This document shows, in pieces, positions 17,073-25,720 of a stretch of DNA of 32,000 bases. Under the pieces are notes generated by a model, which made no database searches, had not been told where the DNA came from, and was given only the letters and a program-made list of their open reading frames with translations. The stretch lies in assembly GCF_000283555.1 (NCBI RefSeq), contig NC_016012.1, positions 360,001 through 392,000 on the forward strand. The letters run 5' to 3'. The first letter of the stretch is position 1. The number at the start of each line of letters is the position of its first letter. The position numbers and the translations under genes are program-made. Source of the DNA: Candidatus Arthromitus sp. SFB-rat-Yit (GTDB lineage: Bacteria; Bacillota; Clostridia; Clostridiales; Clostridiaceae).

Positions 17073-19394
17073 ATGAGAGTTTTATTGTTAAAATTATTTA
17101 GAGATATTAAAACATCGCTTGGTGGATTTATTTCGATAATATTTGTTATCGGTATAGGTTCTGTGTTTTTTACGGGGCTTTCAAATTCTGTAACTTCCGT
17201 TAGAGATTTGATTGGGAATTATTATAAAAATCAAGAGTTTATGGATTATACTGCGTATTTTAGGCAAGTTTATTCAGAAGATTTGGAAGCTTATAAATCG
17301 AATAATAAAATTGATAAATTGGAATTAAGGCATACCATTAATACTACAACTAATTTAAATAATAGTGATAGTGATTTGAGGATACATACTTTAACTAAAA
17401 ATATAAATGTTCCATATATTTATGACGGTACGCTTCCTTCAAACAATGAAATAATATTAGATAAACTTTATATGAAGTTAAATAAATTAAATATTGGGGA
17501 TTATATTAAATTTGATTATAATGGCATAAATTTTGATCTTCGTATATCTGGGATTATGGATTCTCCAGAGTATGTTTATAAAGTAAGGGATAAATTTTCT
17601 GCAAATATTGATCCAGATGGGTTTGGAGTTGGATATATTACAGAAGATACTATTAGATTAAAATTTAATGAAAATAATATTTCTTATTTTTATACAGAGG
17701 CACTTATTAAATCAAGTGAAGTTTTAAATGGTGATGAATTTAAAGATATACAAAATTTTGTAAATATGGTTAAAAGAGAGGATCATGTTAGTTATTCATC
17801 ATTTGATGGGGCGCTCAATCAAATTGATAAGGTTGTTGTAATTTTTCCCATAATATTTTTTATAGTTGCAGGAATTATAACATTTATATCAATGTCTAAG
17901 ATGGTTGAAAATCAAAGACAGCAAATAGGAATTATGGGGGCACTTGGATTCTCAAGTTCTAGGATTTACTTTTCATATATAATATATTCGTTACTTGCAT
18001 CTATTATAGGATCGTTCATTGGAGGGTTAATAGGGATTTTTACTCTGCCAAATATAATTTTAAAGACATTTTCATCTCAGTACACCTTTCCTATGTTTAA
18101 ACTTAGAATTTATCCAGAATATATATTTTATGTAATATTAATTTCTATACTTTTTTCGATTACTTCAACTATAATTTCTTGTCATAAAACTCTTAAAGAG
18201 TCACCAGCAAATGCTTTAAGGCCAAAACCTCCTAAAAATTCGAAGCACATTTTCTTGGAAAAACTTAAAATATGGAAGAAGATTTCCTTTATTTATAAGA
18301 TTATCATAAGAAATATATTTTATAATAAAACGAGAATGATACTTAGTTCTGTTGGTATGATTGGAAGTATTGCGTTTTTAATTACAGGATTTTCTTTAAA
18401 ATCATCTGTTAATGAGCTTTTAAGCTATGAAACAAGAATTAGGGCATATGATTTTGAAACAAGAATGGTTAATGGGGTTAATGAGGATGAAGTTAAATCT
18501 TATCATAGATATATAGATGTTGCGGATTTGAATTTTACAACAATTGGGAATGTTTATCTTAAAAATGAAAATATAGAAATGCCTATAGTTGTTATTAAAA
18601 ATGATAATTCATCTTTGAAACTTGAAGATAAGAGAGGAAATATAATAAATTTTAGTGAAAATAGTGTGGTAATTCCATCTAAACTTTTGGATGATTATAA
18701 TGTGAATGTTTCAGACAACATAAATGTTGATATAAATCTTGGATTAAATTCAGTTAATTTAGATTTAAATGTTAGTGATGTTGCACAAATGTATTCAAGT
18801 CAAATGATATATGTGTCGAGTGATATATTGAAGAAGAATAATATAGAATTTCCATTTAATAGTGCATTTATAAAACTTAATAATAAAGATAATGTTACGG
18901 AAATAGTTGATGAGTTGAAGAAAAATGAAAATATAAGTTCTATAACTCTATCTAGAGATATGATGGATTTTGCAAAAGATATTTTAAAAATGATAGATAG
19001 TGTTATAATGATAATTATAGTTGGATCAGCTATTCTTGCAATATCTGTTATATATAATATTACATCTATAAATATTTTTGAGCGTATGCGTGAGATTGCG
19101 ACTCTTTTGGTACTTGGATATTATGATAAAGAAATAAATAGGCTTATATTTATTGAAAATATAGTTTTAAGTGTGTTTGGTAGTATAATTGGAATACCTT
19201 TTGGTATTTTGCTATTTAAATATATGCAAGTTCTAATAGCTGATAGAGGAGCTACATTGCCTCAAAATATTTCTGGATATAGCATACTTTTATCTTTTGT
19301 AGTAGTTATGATTTTTTCAATATTTACAAATTTATTGTTAAAAAGGAAAGTTTTGAAAATTAATATGATTGAAGCACTTAAGGGTGTTGAATAA
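17073..19394 (+). CDS. ABC transporter permease with two FtsX/MacB-type modules and large extracytoplasmic domains
   Basis: 773 aa. The ATG immediately follows the ATPase stop. Two copies of the 4-TM FtsX-like arrangement, each with a long loop after its first TM. LRPKPPK linker between the halves. C-terminal IEALKG(V)E is typical of FtsX-family permeases. Confidence 0.88.
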   Translation: MRVLLLKLFRDIKTSLGGFISIIFVIGIGSVFFTGLSNSVTSVRDLIGNYYKNQEFMDYTAYFRQVYSEDLEAYKSNNKIDKLELRHTINTTTNLNNSDSDLRIHTLTKNINVPYIYDGTLPSNNEIILDKLYMKLNKLNIGDYIKFDYNGINFDLRISGIMDSPEYVYKVRDKFSANIDPDGFGVGYITEDTIRLKFNENNISYFYTEALIKSSEVLNGDEFKDIQNFVNMVKREDHVSYSSFDGALNQIDKVVVIFPIIFFIVAGIITFISMSKMVENQRQQIGIMGALGFSSSRIYFSYIIYSLLASIIGSFIGGLIGIFTLPNIILKTFSSQYTFPMFKLRIYPEYIFYVILISILFSITSTIISCHKTLKESPANALRPKPPKNSKHIFLEKLKIWKKISFIYKIIIRNIFYNKTRMILSSVGMIGSIAFLITGFSLKSSVNELLSYETRIRAYDFETRMVNGVNEDEVKSYHRYIDVADLNFTTIGNVYLKNENIEMPIVVIKNDNSSLKLEDKRGNIINFSENSVVIPSKLLDDYNVNVSDNINVDINLGLNSVNLDLNVSDVAQMYSSQMIYVSSDILKKNNIEFPFNSAFIKLNNKDNVTEIVDELKKNENISSITLSRDMMDFAKDILKMIDSVIMIIIVGSAILAISVIYNITSINIFERMREIATLLVLGYYDKEINRLIFIENIVLSVFGSIIGIPFGILLFKYMQVLIADRGATLPQNISGYSILLSFVVVMIFSIFTNLLLKRKVLKINMIEALKGVE

Positions 19395-19428
19395 AGGTTT
19401 AAGTTTTTTACTTAAGCCTTTTTTGTTT
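19394..19428 (+). terminator. Rho-independent terminator after the ABC operon
   Basis: 11-bp stem AAGGTTTAAGT (19394-19404) / ACTTAAGCCTT (19410-19420) with one G:U pair, loop TTTTT, tail TTTTGTTTG. Confidence 0.8.
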
Positions 19429-19499
19429 GTAAAAAAGTTTAACATATTCTAAAACTTTTAAATAAACTAATTATTATTAATAAGTCAAGGTGAATTTAT

Positions 19500-21746
19500 T
19501 TGGAAAAGGGTTATTTAGTTTTTGAAATTGCCAAGGATAACGGCGCGACTCCAGTTTCTAATGCTCAAATAAAAATAACTAATATCGATGGACGTGAAGT
19601 TAATAAAATACTTGGTGTAAACGAAGATGGAAGAAGTGATGAGATTGAAATTTACACAAAGAATATAAATTTGACTTTTGATAAATCAAATGAGTGTATT
19701 CCATATACGGAAGTAGATGCTGAAGTAAGGTTTGAGAATGATAAGATAGTTGAAATTAAGGGGATACAAGTTTATTCAAACACCACATCTATTCAAGAAG
19801 TTAAATTTGATAGTAGGGATCTATTTAGGAAACATCACAATAAAGATAAAAAAAGTAAGTCTAAGAAGGAACATATTTATTTAAAGAATGAAACACCTTG
19901 TGTTTTTAAATCAAAGGATAATGATGTGAAAATAAAAAATGGATTGTTAAAAGATGATAATAGCATAAAACCTATTGTTAAAAGTGGAGATGTTTGTATA
20001 CCTGAATTTATAACAATACATCTCGGAGAGCCTAATGATAATGGCGAGATTATTACAATTCCATTTGTTGATTATGTAAAAAATGTTACTTGTTCAACTA
20101 TTTATCCAACATGGAATGATGAAGCCATAAAGGCAAATATATACGCTATTGTATCTTTATCATTGAATAGAATTTATACAAATTGGTATAGAAGTAAGGG
20201 ATATGGATTTGAAGTTACAAGTAGCCCTATTTATGATCAAATGTATGTTAAAGGTAGGAATTTATTTAGAAATGTTTGTAATATCGTAGACGACATATTT
20301 GACAAATGCATTAAAGTTAGTGGGTTTAATCAGCCACTTCTTGCAAAATGTGATAATGTAACTAGTGATTATAGAGTTTTATCAAGATGGGGAAGTTTAA
20401 GGCTTGCTGAGGATGGATTAGATGCTTTAGATATATTGAAAAAATATTTTGGGGATAATATTGAGATTGTAGAAATTCCAAATATTGAGTCTATCATTAA
20501 AAAATATCCGGATAAGGAATTGCATCATGGAAATTATGGTAAGGATGTTAAGTTTATTCAGAAAGCTTTAAACTTAATTGCAACAAAATATCCAGGTGTA
20601 TCAAAGATATCAGATATTACAGGGAATTTTGGAGATGAAACAGAGAAGTCTGTAAAAGATTTTCAAAAAATATTCAATTTAAAAGTTGATGGCATAGTTG
20701 GAGAAAAAACTTGGAAGAAAATATCTTTAGTTTATTCATTAATTAAAAGATTGTTTGGAGATTATGATGATGCTGAAGAGGGAATGAGTAATAACAGAGT
20801 TTTAAGACTTGGAAGTGAAGGAGCGTTGGTTAAAGAAGTTCAAAATAATTTAAACAATATTTTAAAATATATACCTGGATATAAAAAATTAGATGAAGAT
20901 GGGATTTTTGGAGAAAATACCAAAAGAGCAGTGGAATATTTTCAAAAAGTATTTGGACTTGTTGTTGATGGAATTGTTGGTAAGAATACGTTTTCTAGAA
21001 TTAAATATGTTAAGGAAAATATAGAGAGTCTACAGGATTTTATAGAAAATAGTGTTAATAAAGATAGCAGGATTATGTATCAAAGGAAAGAATATGAAGA
21101 TCAAAAATTTGAAGATATGTTACCAATTAAGTATGGAGATAAAGGAAGTTATGTAGAAAAACTTCAAAAGTTATTTAACATTGTGGCTAAGCATTATCAT
21201 TTTTTAGATATTTTAGTTGAGGATGGAAATTTTGGAGTTAATATGGAGGAGGCTATAAAAAATTTCCAAAAAAGATTTGCTCTTATATGCGATGGTATTT
21301 TGGGAGATGAAACTTTAACTAAGTTGAAGGCACTTAAGAATGCAATAAATAACAACATGGATGGTAAATTGGAAGGAAAATTAAAAAAAGACGATATTAA
21401 AGAGAAAAGTGATAAGATAAGAGCGTATAGAGAGGAAGAAAATAAGCTTTGTAGTAAATCTCTAAGATCTGAAATTTCTATGAAATATCCAGGATTTGAA
21501 TTAGAGTTTGGAGATGTATGTGGATATGTTACATTAGCCCAGCAATATATAAATTTTATAAGGAGTAATTCTAAAGGATATTTTAGAACTAATGTTGAAC
21601 TTAAAGATGATGGGGTATTTGGAGAAAATACATTATCCTATATAAATGAGTTTCAAAATAAATTTATGTTTGATATAACACGCAAAATTGACAAAAATGT
21701 TTGGAATAGATTAATTTTAGAATATGAAAAAATTTATAAAGAGTAG
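19500..21746 (+). CDS. Peptidoglycan-binding protein with a SleC-like (spore cortex-lytic enzyme-like) core and four PG_binding_1-type modules
   Basis: TTG start 6 nt after SD AAGGTGA (19487-19493). The core IPEFITIHLGEPNDNGEIITIPFVDYVKNVTCSTIYPTWNDEAIKANIYAIVSLSLNRIYTNWYRSKGYGFEVTSSPIYDQMY resembles my memory of the clostridial SleC catalytic region. Four modules follow with the pattern G..G..V..(L/I)Q..LN......(D)G.FG..T..AV..FQ..F.L..DGIVG..T...(L/I). Confidence 0.8.
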   Translation: MEKGYLVFEIAKDNGATPVSNAQIKITNIDGREVNKILGVNEDGRSDEIEIYTKNINLTFDKSNECIPYTEVDAEVRFENDKIVEIKGIQVYSNTTSIQEVKFDSRDLFRKHHNKDKKSKSKKEHIYLKNETPCVFKSKDNDVKIKNGLLKDDNSIKPIVKSGDVCIPEFITIHLGEPNDNGEIITIPFVDYVKNVTCSTIYPTWNDEAIKANIYAIVSLSLNRIYTNWYRSKGYGFEVTSSPIYDQMYVKGRNLFRNVCNIVDDIFDKCIKVSGFNQPLLAKCDNVTSDYRVLSRWGSLRLAEDGLDALDILKKYFGDNIEIVEIPNIESIIKKYPDKELHHGNYGKDVKFIQKALNLIATKYPGVSKISDITGNFGDETEKSVKDFQKIFNLKVDGIVGEKTWKKISLVYSLIKRLFGDYDDAEEGMSNNRVLRLGSEGALVKEVQNNLNNILKYIPGYKKLDEDGIFGENTKRAVEYFQKVFGLVVDGIVGKNTFSRIKYVKENIESLQDFIENSVNKDSRIMYQRKEYEDQKFEDMLPIKYGDKGSYVEKLQKLFNIVAKHYHFLDILVEDGNFGVNMEEAIKNFQKRFALICDGILGDETLTKLKALKNAINNNMDGKLEGKLKKDDIKEKSDKIRAYREEENKLCSKSLRSEISMKYPGFELEFGDVCGYVTLAQQYINFIRSNSKGYFRTNVELKDDGVFGENTLSYINEFQNKFMFDITRKIDKNVWNRLILEYEKIYKE

Positions 21747-21858
21747 TTAAAATTTATAAGATTTTCTATCATTGCTTTAATGTTTAGGAAATCTTTTTAT
21801 TTATAATAGTTTAAGATGTTATATAATAATCTTGAATATTTAAATAGAGGGGTGTAGA

Positions 21859-22470
21859 ATGATAAAATTTAATATTATTAAGAGAAGTTCATCGGTGTTA
21901 TTTTTTATAATACTATTCTTAGTTATTTTTGTTTCATGTGGTTCAAATCAACAAAAAAAAGTAGTTATTACTTTTTTAGATTATTTAAAGAATGAAAGAT
22001 TTGAAGAGAGTATGATGTACTTATATGATAATGAATCTAAAGAAACGTATCGTAAATATATAGAAAGTTTAATAAATATGGATAATTCTGATGAGGACAT
22101 GAAAAAGATTCACGACATTATAAAAAATAAGGTTATGGATTTTACATATAGTGTAGGGGAAGTTAAGAAGGTTACTAATGAGATATTTAAGGTTAAAGTA
22201 ACTATAAATAATTTTAATTTATATGATGCTTATAGAAAAACACTTCAACATATTTTATTGAATGGAAATGGTGAAAACTTAGAGAATACATCGGGAACAT
22301 CATATATTGCAAATTTGTTTGTTTCATATGCAGATAGTATTGAAAGAAAAAGTACTGATGGAGAATTTACTGTAGTTAAACGAGATAATAAATATATTAT
22401 AGAGTTAAATGATGAAATATTATATGTTTTATTTTCGAGTTATTTGGAAATTATAAGTCATTTAAATTAG
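21859..22470 (+). CDS. Small lipoprotein, possibly DUF4878-like
   Basis: SD GAGGGG 6 nt upstream. Signal plus lipobox LFLVIFVSCGS. The early segment VVITFLDYLKNERFEESMMYL resembles DUF4878-type lipoproteins. Confidence 0.65.
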   Translation: MIKFNIIKRSSSVLFFIILFLVIFVSCGSNQQKKVVITFLDYLKNERFEESMMYLYDNESKETYRKYIESLINMDNSDEDMKKIHDIIKNKVMDFTYSVGEVKKVTNEIFKVKVTINNFNLYDAYRKTLQHILLNGNGENLENTSGTSYIANLFVSYADSIERKSTDGEFTVVKRDNKYIIELNDEILYVLFSSYLEIISHLN

Positions 22471-22619
22471 TTAATCGGTTTGTTATATTGTTAGTATAAT
22501 TATCAAGGTTTAATAGATACTAAAAAATATAAAAAAATTTAAGAATTATGTTTTTTAGTTAATAAAGTATGTTATATTATATAAGGAAATATGTTAAAGA
22601 ATTTAGGAGGATGAAGTAT

Positions 22620-23954
22620 TTGAGTAAAATTGTTTTTGTTGGATCTAACCATGCAGGTACGGCTGCAATTAATACTGTGTTAGATAATTATAAAGATAAT
22701 GAAGTTGTAGTTTTTGATAGAAATTCAAACATAAGCTTTTTAGGATGTGGAATGGCACTTTGGATTGGAAATGTGATTGATGGACCAGAGGGATTATTTT
22801 ATTCTTCCAAAGATAAAATGGAAGCTAAAGGTGCAAAAGTACACATGGAAACTGAAATAGAAGATATTGATTTTGAAAATAAGATTATAACTGGGAAAAA
22901 TAAAAATGGAGAAGAAATTAAGGAAAGTTATGATAAGTTAATATTGGCTACAGGATCTCTCCCAATTTCTCCAAATATACCAGGAAAAGATCTTGAAAAT
23001 GTTCAATTTGTTAAGTTATATCAAGATGCAGCTCAAACTATAGAAAGACTTAAAAATCCTGATATAAAGAAAATAACTGTTATAGGTGCAGGATATATTG
23101 GTGTTGAGCTTGCTGAAGCATTTAAAAGACATGGTAAGAGTGTGACTCTTTTAGATTTAGCATCAACATGTTTAGAGAGATATTATGATGAGCCATTTAC
23201 AAAAATGATGGAACAGAATCTTTTAGATAATGGTATAGATTTGAGATTTGGTGAAAAAGTTGTTGAACTTAAAGGTAATGGAAAAGTTGAGAAGGTTGTA
23301 ACAGATAAAGGTGAAATAGATACTGACATGGTAGTATTAGCAATTGGATTTTTACCAAATACATCTATTGGAAAAGGGAAAATAGAAACAATAGGAAATG
23401 GTGCGTTTAAAGTTAACTTAAAAGGTGAAACTAGTGTTAAAGATGTTTATGCTATAGGGGATTGTGCTACAATTTATGATAATTCAAAAGACCAAACTAG
23501 CTATATAGCACTTGCATCTAATGCTGTTAGAACTGGAATTGTTGCAGCTCACAATGCTTGTGGAACAGAACTTGAGTCAATTGGAGTACAAGGATCAAAT
23601 GGTATTTCAATATATGGACTTAATATGGTTTCTACAGGATTAACTGTAAATACAGCTAAAATGTTTGGATTTGATCCAGAGTATACTGAGTATGAAGATT
23701 CTCAAAAGCCGGCGTTTATGAAACATGATAATAATAATGTTAAAGTTAGAATTGTGTATGATAAGAAAACAAGAAGGGTATTGGGAGCTCAAATGGCATC
23801 TAAACAAGATATATCTATGGGAATACATATGTTCTCTTTAGCTATACAAGAGAAAGTTACTATAGATAAATTAAGATTGTTAGATCTATTCTTCTTACCA
23901 CACTTTAATCAACCATACAATTATATAACAATGGCTGCTCTTACAGCTAAGTAA
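22620..23954 (+). CDS. nox: H2O-forming NADH oxidase (FAD-dependent pyridine nucleotide-disulfide oxidoreductase, Nox/Npx family)
   Basis: (M)[21 protein letters not shown]...[16 protein letters not shown] contains the redox-active Cys. [24 protein letters not shown] and the C-terminal [21 protein letters not shown] closely follow my memory of streptococcal Nox. AGGAGG (22605-22610) abuts the ATG at 22611 (0 spacing) but sits 9 nt before the in-frame TTG at 22620, so TTG is the likely start. Confidence 0.9.
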   Translation: MSKIVFVGSNHAGTAAINTVLDNYKDNEVVVFDRNSNISFLGCGMALWIGNVIDGPEGLFYSSKDKMEAKGAKVHMETEIEDIDFENKIITGKNKNGEEIKESYDKLILATGSLPISPNIPGKDLENVQFVKLYQDAAQTIERLKNPDIKKITVIGAGYIGVELAEAFKRHGKSVTLLDLASTCLERYYDEPFTKMMEQNLLDNGIDLRFGEKVVELKGNGKVEKVVTDKGEIDTDMVVLAIGFLPNTSIGKGKIETIGNGAFKVNLKGETSVKDVYAIGDCATIYDNSKDQTSYIALASNAVRTGIVAAHNACGTELESIGVQGSNGISIYGLNMVSTGLTVNTAKMFGFDPEYTEYEDSQKPAFMKHDNNNVKVRIVYDKKTRRVLGAQMASKQDISMGIHMFSLAIQEKVTIDKLRLLDLFFLPHFNQPYNYITMAALTAK

Positions 23955-24126
23955 TAAATGGAAGACCTATTTTAAATAGATTTATTTATTTTATATAAAA
24001 TTTAGTATGTAAAGATATAGATAAAAGTTAACTTAAATAATTTTAAAAAAAATTGTATAAAAAATTTTGAAAATGGAATTAATTAGATATCCTTAATTTT
24101 TACTATAACTTACTATACAAATTTTT

Positions 24127-24168
24127 AAAATCTCTAGCTATTTATGAGCTGGAGATTTTTATTTTTTA
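24127..24168 (+). terminator. Strong rho-independent terminator about 170 nt downstream of nox
   Basis: 13-bp stem AAAATCTCTAGCT (24127-24139) / AGCTGGAGATTTT (24147-24159) with one G:U pair, 7-nt loop, tail TTATTTTTT. Confidence 0.8.
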
Positions 24169-24256
24169 TGTATCCTCAAAATAAATACACAATGTTACGA
24201 AAATTATAATATGAATATAAATTGTTAATTTTTAATTTTGAGCGGAGTTGATTGAA

Positions 24257-25009
24257 ATGAGGAAATGTGAGTTCTGTAAAATAGAGATACCCGATAACTT
24301 AAGTTTGTGTTCTGTGTGTGATGATAAAATTAATGGACTTAGAAAAATTCTTGGTAAAGATGAATTGGTTATAGAGCAAAAAGAAGCTAATGAATGCGTT
24401 GATAATCATTTTGGAGATGATCGGAAATTTAAACGTGATTTAAGAAGTTTGGTATTTATTATCTTAATACTTATCTTTTGTATATTTTTAGTATCTTCAC
24501 AAAGAGATAGTTATATAAAAGAAAACAAAGTGAATGAAAGTGTAATAAATAGTTCAAGTGATTTTGGAGATAAAAATTTAATTTTTGAAAATAGAGAATT
24601 ATTTGGAGAAAGTAAATTAACACACTTATCTAATGATTTTGAAAATTTTATGTATGAAGATCCTTATATTCACACGAACTTAAAAGAGGAAGTTTTAAAT
24701 ACTACAAATTATAAGGATGTGTCCTATGAAGATAAAGTAAAGCTTATAAAAATAAGTAAAAGTGTAGTCAATTTATCTCATGAATTCTCAACTTTGACAC
24801 AATTTCCTAATATTAAAACAAATATTGAGGATTGGATTATACAAAAAAGTGGAGATGTAATTAAGATTAATTCATATTTGACTTATGTTAATAAGAATTT
24901 ATCTACTATTAGGGATAATTTTGAAGTAATCTTGAGAGAAAATGGTGATGGATATAAACTTATTGATTTATTTATAAATGATCAAAGAATTGTTAATTTG
25001 GTTTATTAA
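24257..25009 (+). CDS. Hypothetical membrane protein with N-terminal zinc-ribbon (CxxC...CxxC)
   Basis: ATG 24257 lies 9 nt after GGAG (24244-24247). MRKCEFCKIEIPDNLSLCSVCDDK zinc ribbon, one TM segment (LVFIILILIFCIFLVS), then a ~170-aa extracytoplasmic domain. Confidence 0.7.
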   Translation: MRKCEFCKIEIPDNLSLCSVCDDKINGLRKILGKDELVIEQKEANECVDNHFGDDRKFKRDLRSLVFIILILIFCIFLVSSQRDSYIKENKVNESVINSSSDFGDKNLIFENRELFGESKLTHLSNDFENFMYEDPYIHTNLKEEVLNTTNYKDVSYEDKVKLIKISKSVVNLSHEFSTLTQFPNIKTNIEDWIIQKSGDVIKINSYLTYVNKNLSTIRDNFEVILRENGDGYKLIDLFINDQRIVNLVY

Positions 25010-25088
25010 GATTAACTATTTAAATTTTATAATAATTAGTTTAAAATAAGGGTTATAATTTTTATTTTAAAAGGAGTTATTTTGTTTC

Positions 25089-25718
25089 ATGTACGACAAA
25101 AAAAAATCAGTATTTTTAACTAAACTTGCTATTTTAATAGCTATCGAGATTATAATTGCGGTTACTCCTCTAGGATCTTTACCTGCAATAGGACCAATTG
25201 TTATGACACTTGCACATATTCCAGTTATAATTGGGGCCATTGTGCTTGGATTTAAAGGTGGATTGATAATGGGATTTGTATATGGACTTCTTAGTTTTCT
25301 TGTTTGGACGTTTATGCCACCTTCACCAATAGCTTTCTTATTTACTCCATTTTATTCACTTGGTGAAATAAGTGGAAACTTTTTTAGTTTAGTTATTTGT
25401 TTTGTTCCGAGAATATTAATTGGAGCATTAACTTATTTTTTCATAATGCTTATGTTTAAAAATGTTAAAAATTTGTTCTTTAAGACTTTTGTAGGTACTT
25501 TTATAGCTAATTTTGCTGCTTCCGTTTTGCTTCTATTATTTGTATATATATTTTTTGGACAGGAATATGCAACAGCTTTAAATGCTCCATATGAAGCTTT
25601 AATAGGAATAATATCGACTACGATAGTGACTAGTGGAATTCCTGAAAGTATACTCGGTGGGCTTGTAGCTTATGGAGTAGCAAAGATATATAAGGGTAAT
25701 ATAAACGAAATTAATTAA
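25089..25718 (+). CDS. ECF transporter S (substrate-specific) component, pantothenate-specific by context (PanT-like)
   Basis: About 6 TM segments, ~209 aa, small hydrophobic protein typical of ECF S components. Immediately followed by a pantothenate kinase gene. Substrate assignment is by context only. Confidence 0.6.
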   Translation: MYDKKKSVFLTKLAILIAIEIIIAVTPLGSLPAIGPIVMTLAHIPVIIGAIVLGFKGGLIMGFVYGLLSFLVWTFMPPSPIAFLFTPFYSLGEISGNFFSLVICFVPRILIGALTYFFIMLMFKNVKNLFFKTFVGTFIANFAASVLLLLFVYIFFGQEYATALNAPYEALIGIISTTIVTSGIPESILGGLVAYGVAKIYKGNINEIN

Positions 25719-25720
25719 TT

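Noticed and set aside
857-22619. Track start codons at 857, 1548, 6164, 6631, 12006, 12911, 16359, 22569 and 24248 (N-terminal extensions)
   Set aside because: In each case an internal ATG or TTG is better placed relative to a Shine-Dalgarno sequence, or gives the canonical family N-terminus (signal peptide, Rossmann fold, MSKIV). The shorter versions are reported, though 857 and 12911 remain possible.
25098-25106. A9 tract near the 5' end of the ECF S-component gene as a second frameshift
   Set aside because: Here the run is in frame (DKKKS) and the ORF continues normally. It is noted only as context for the coaW frameshift.
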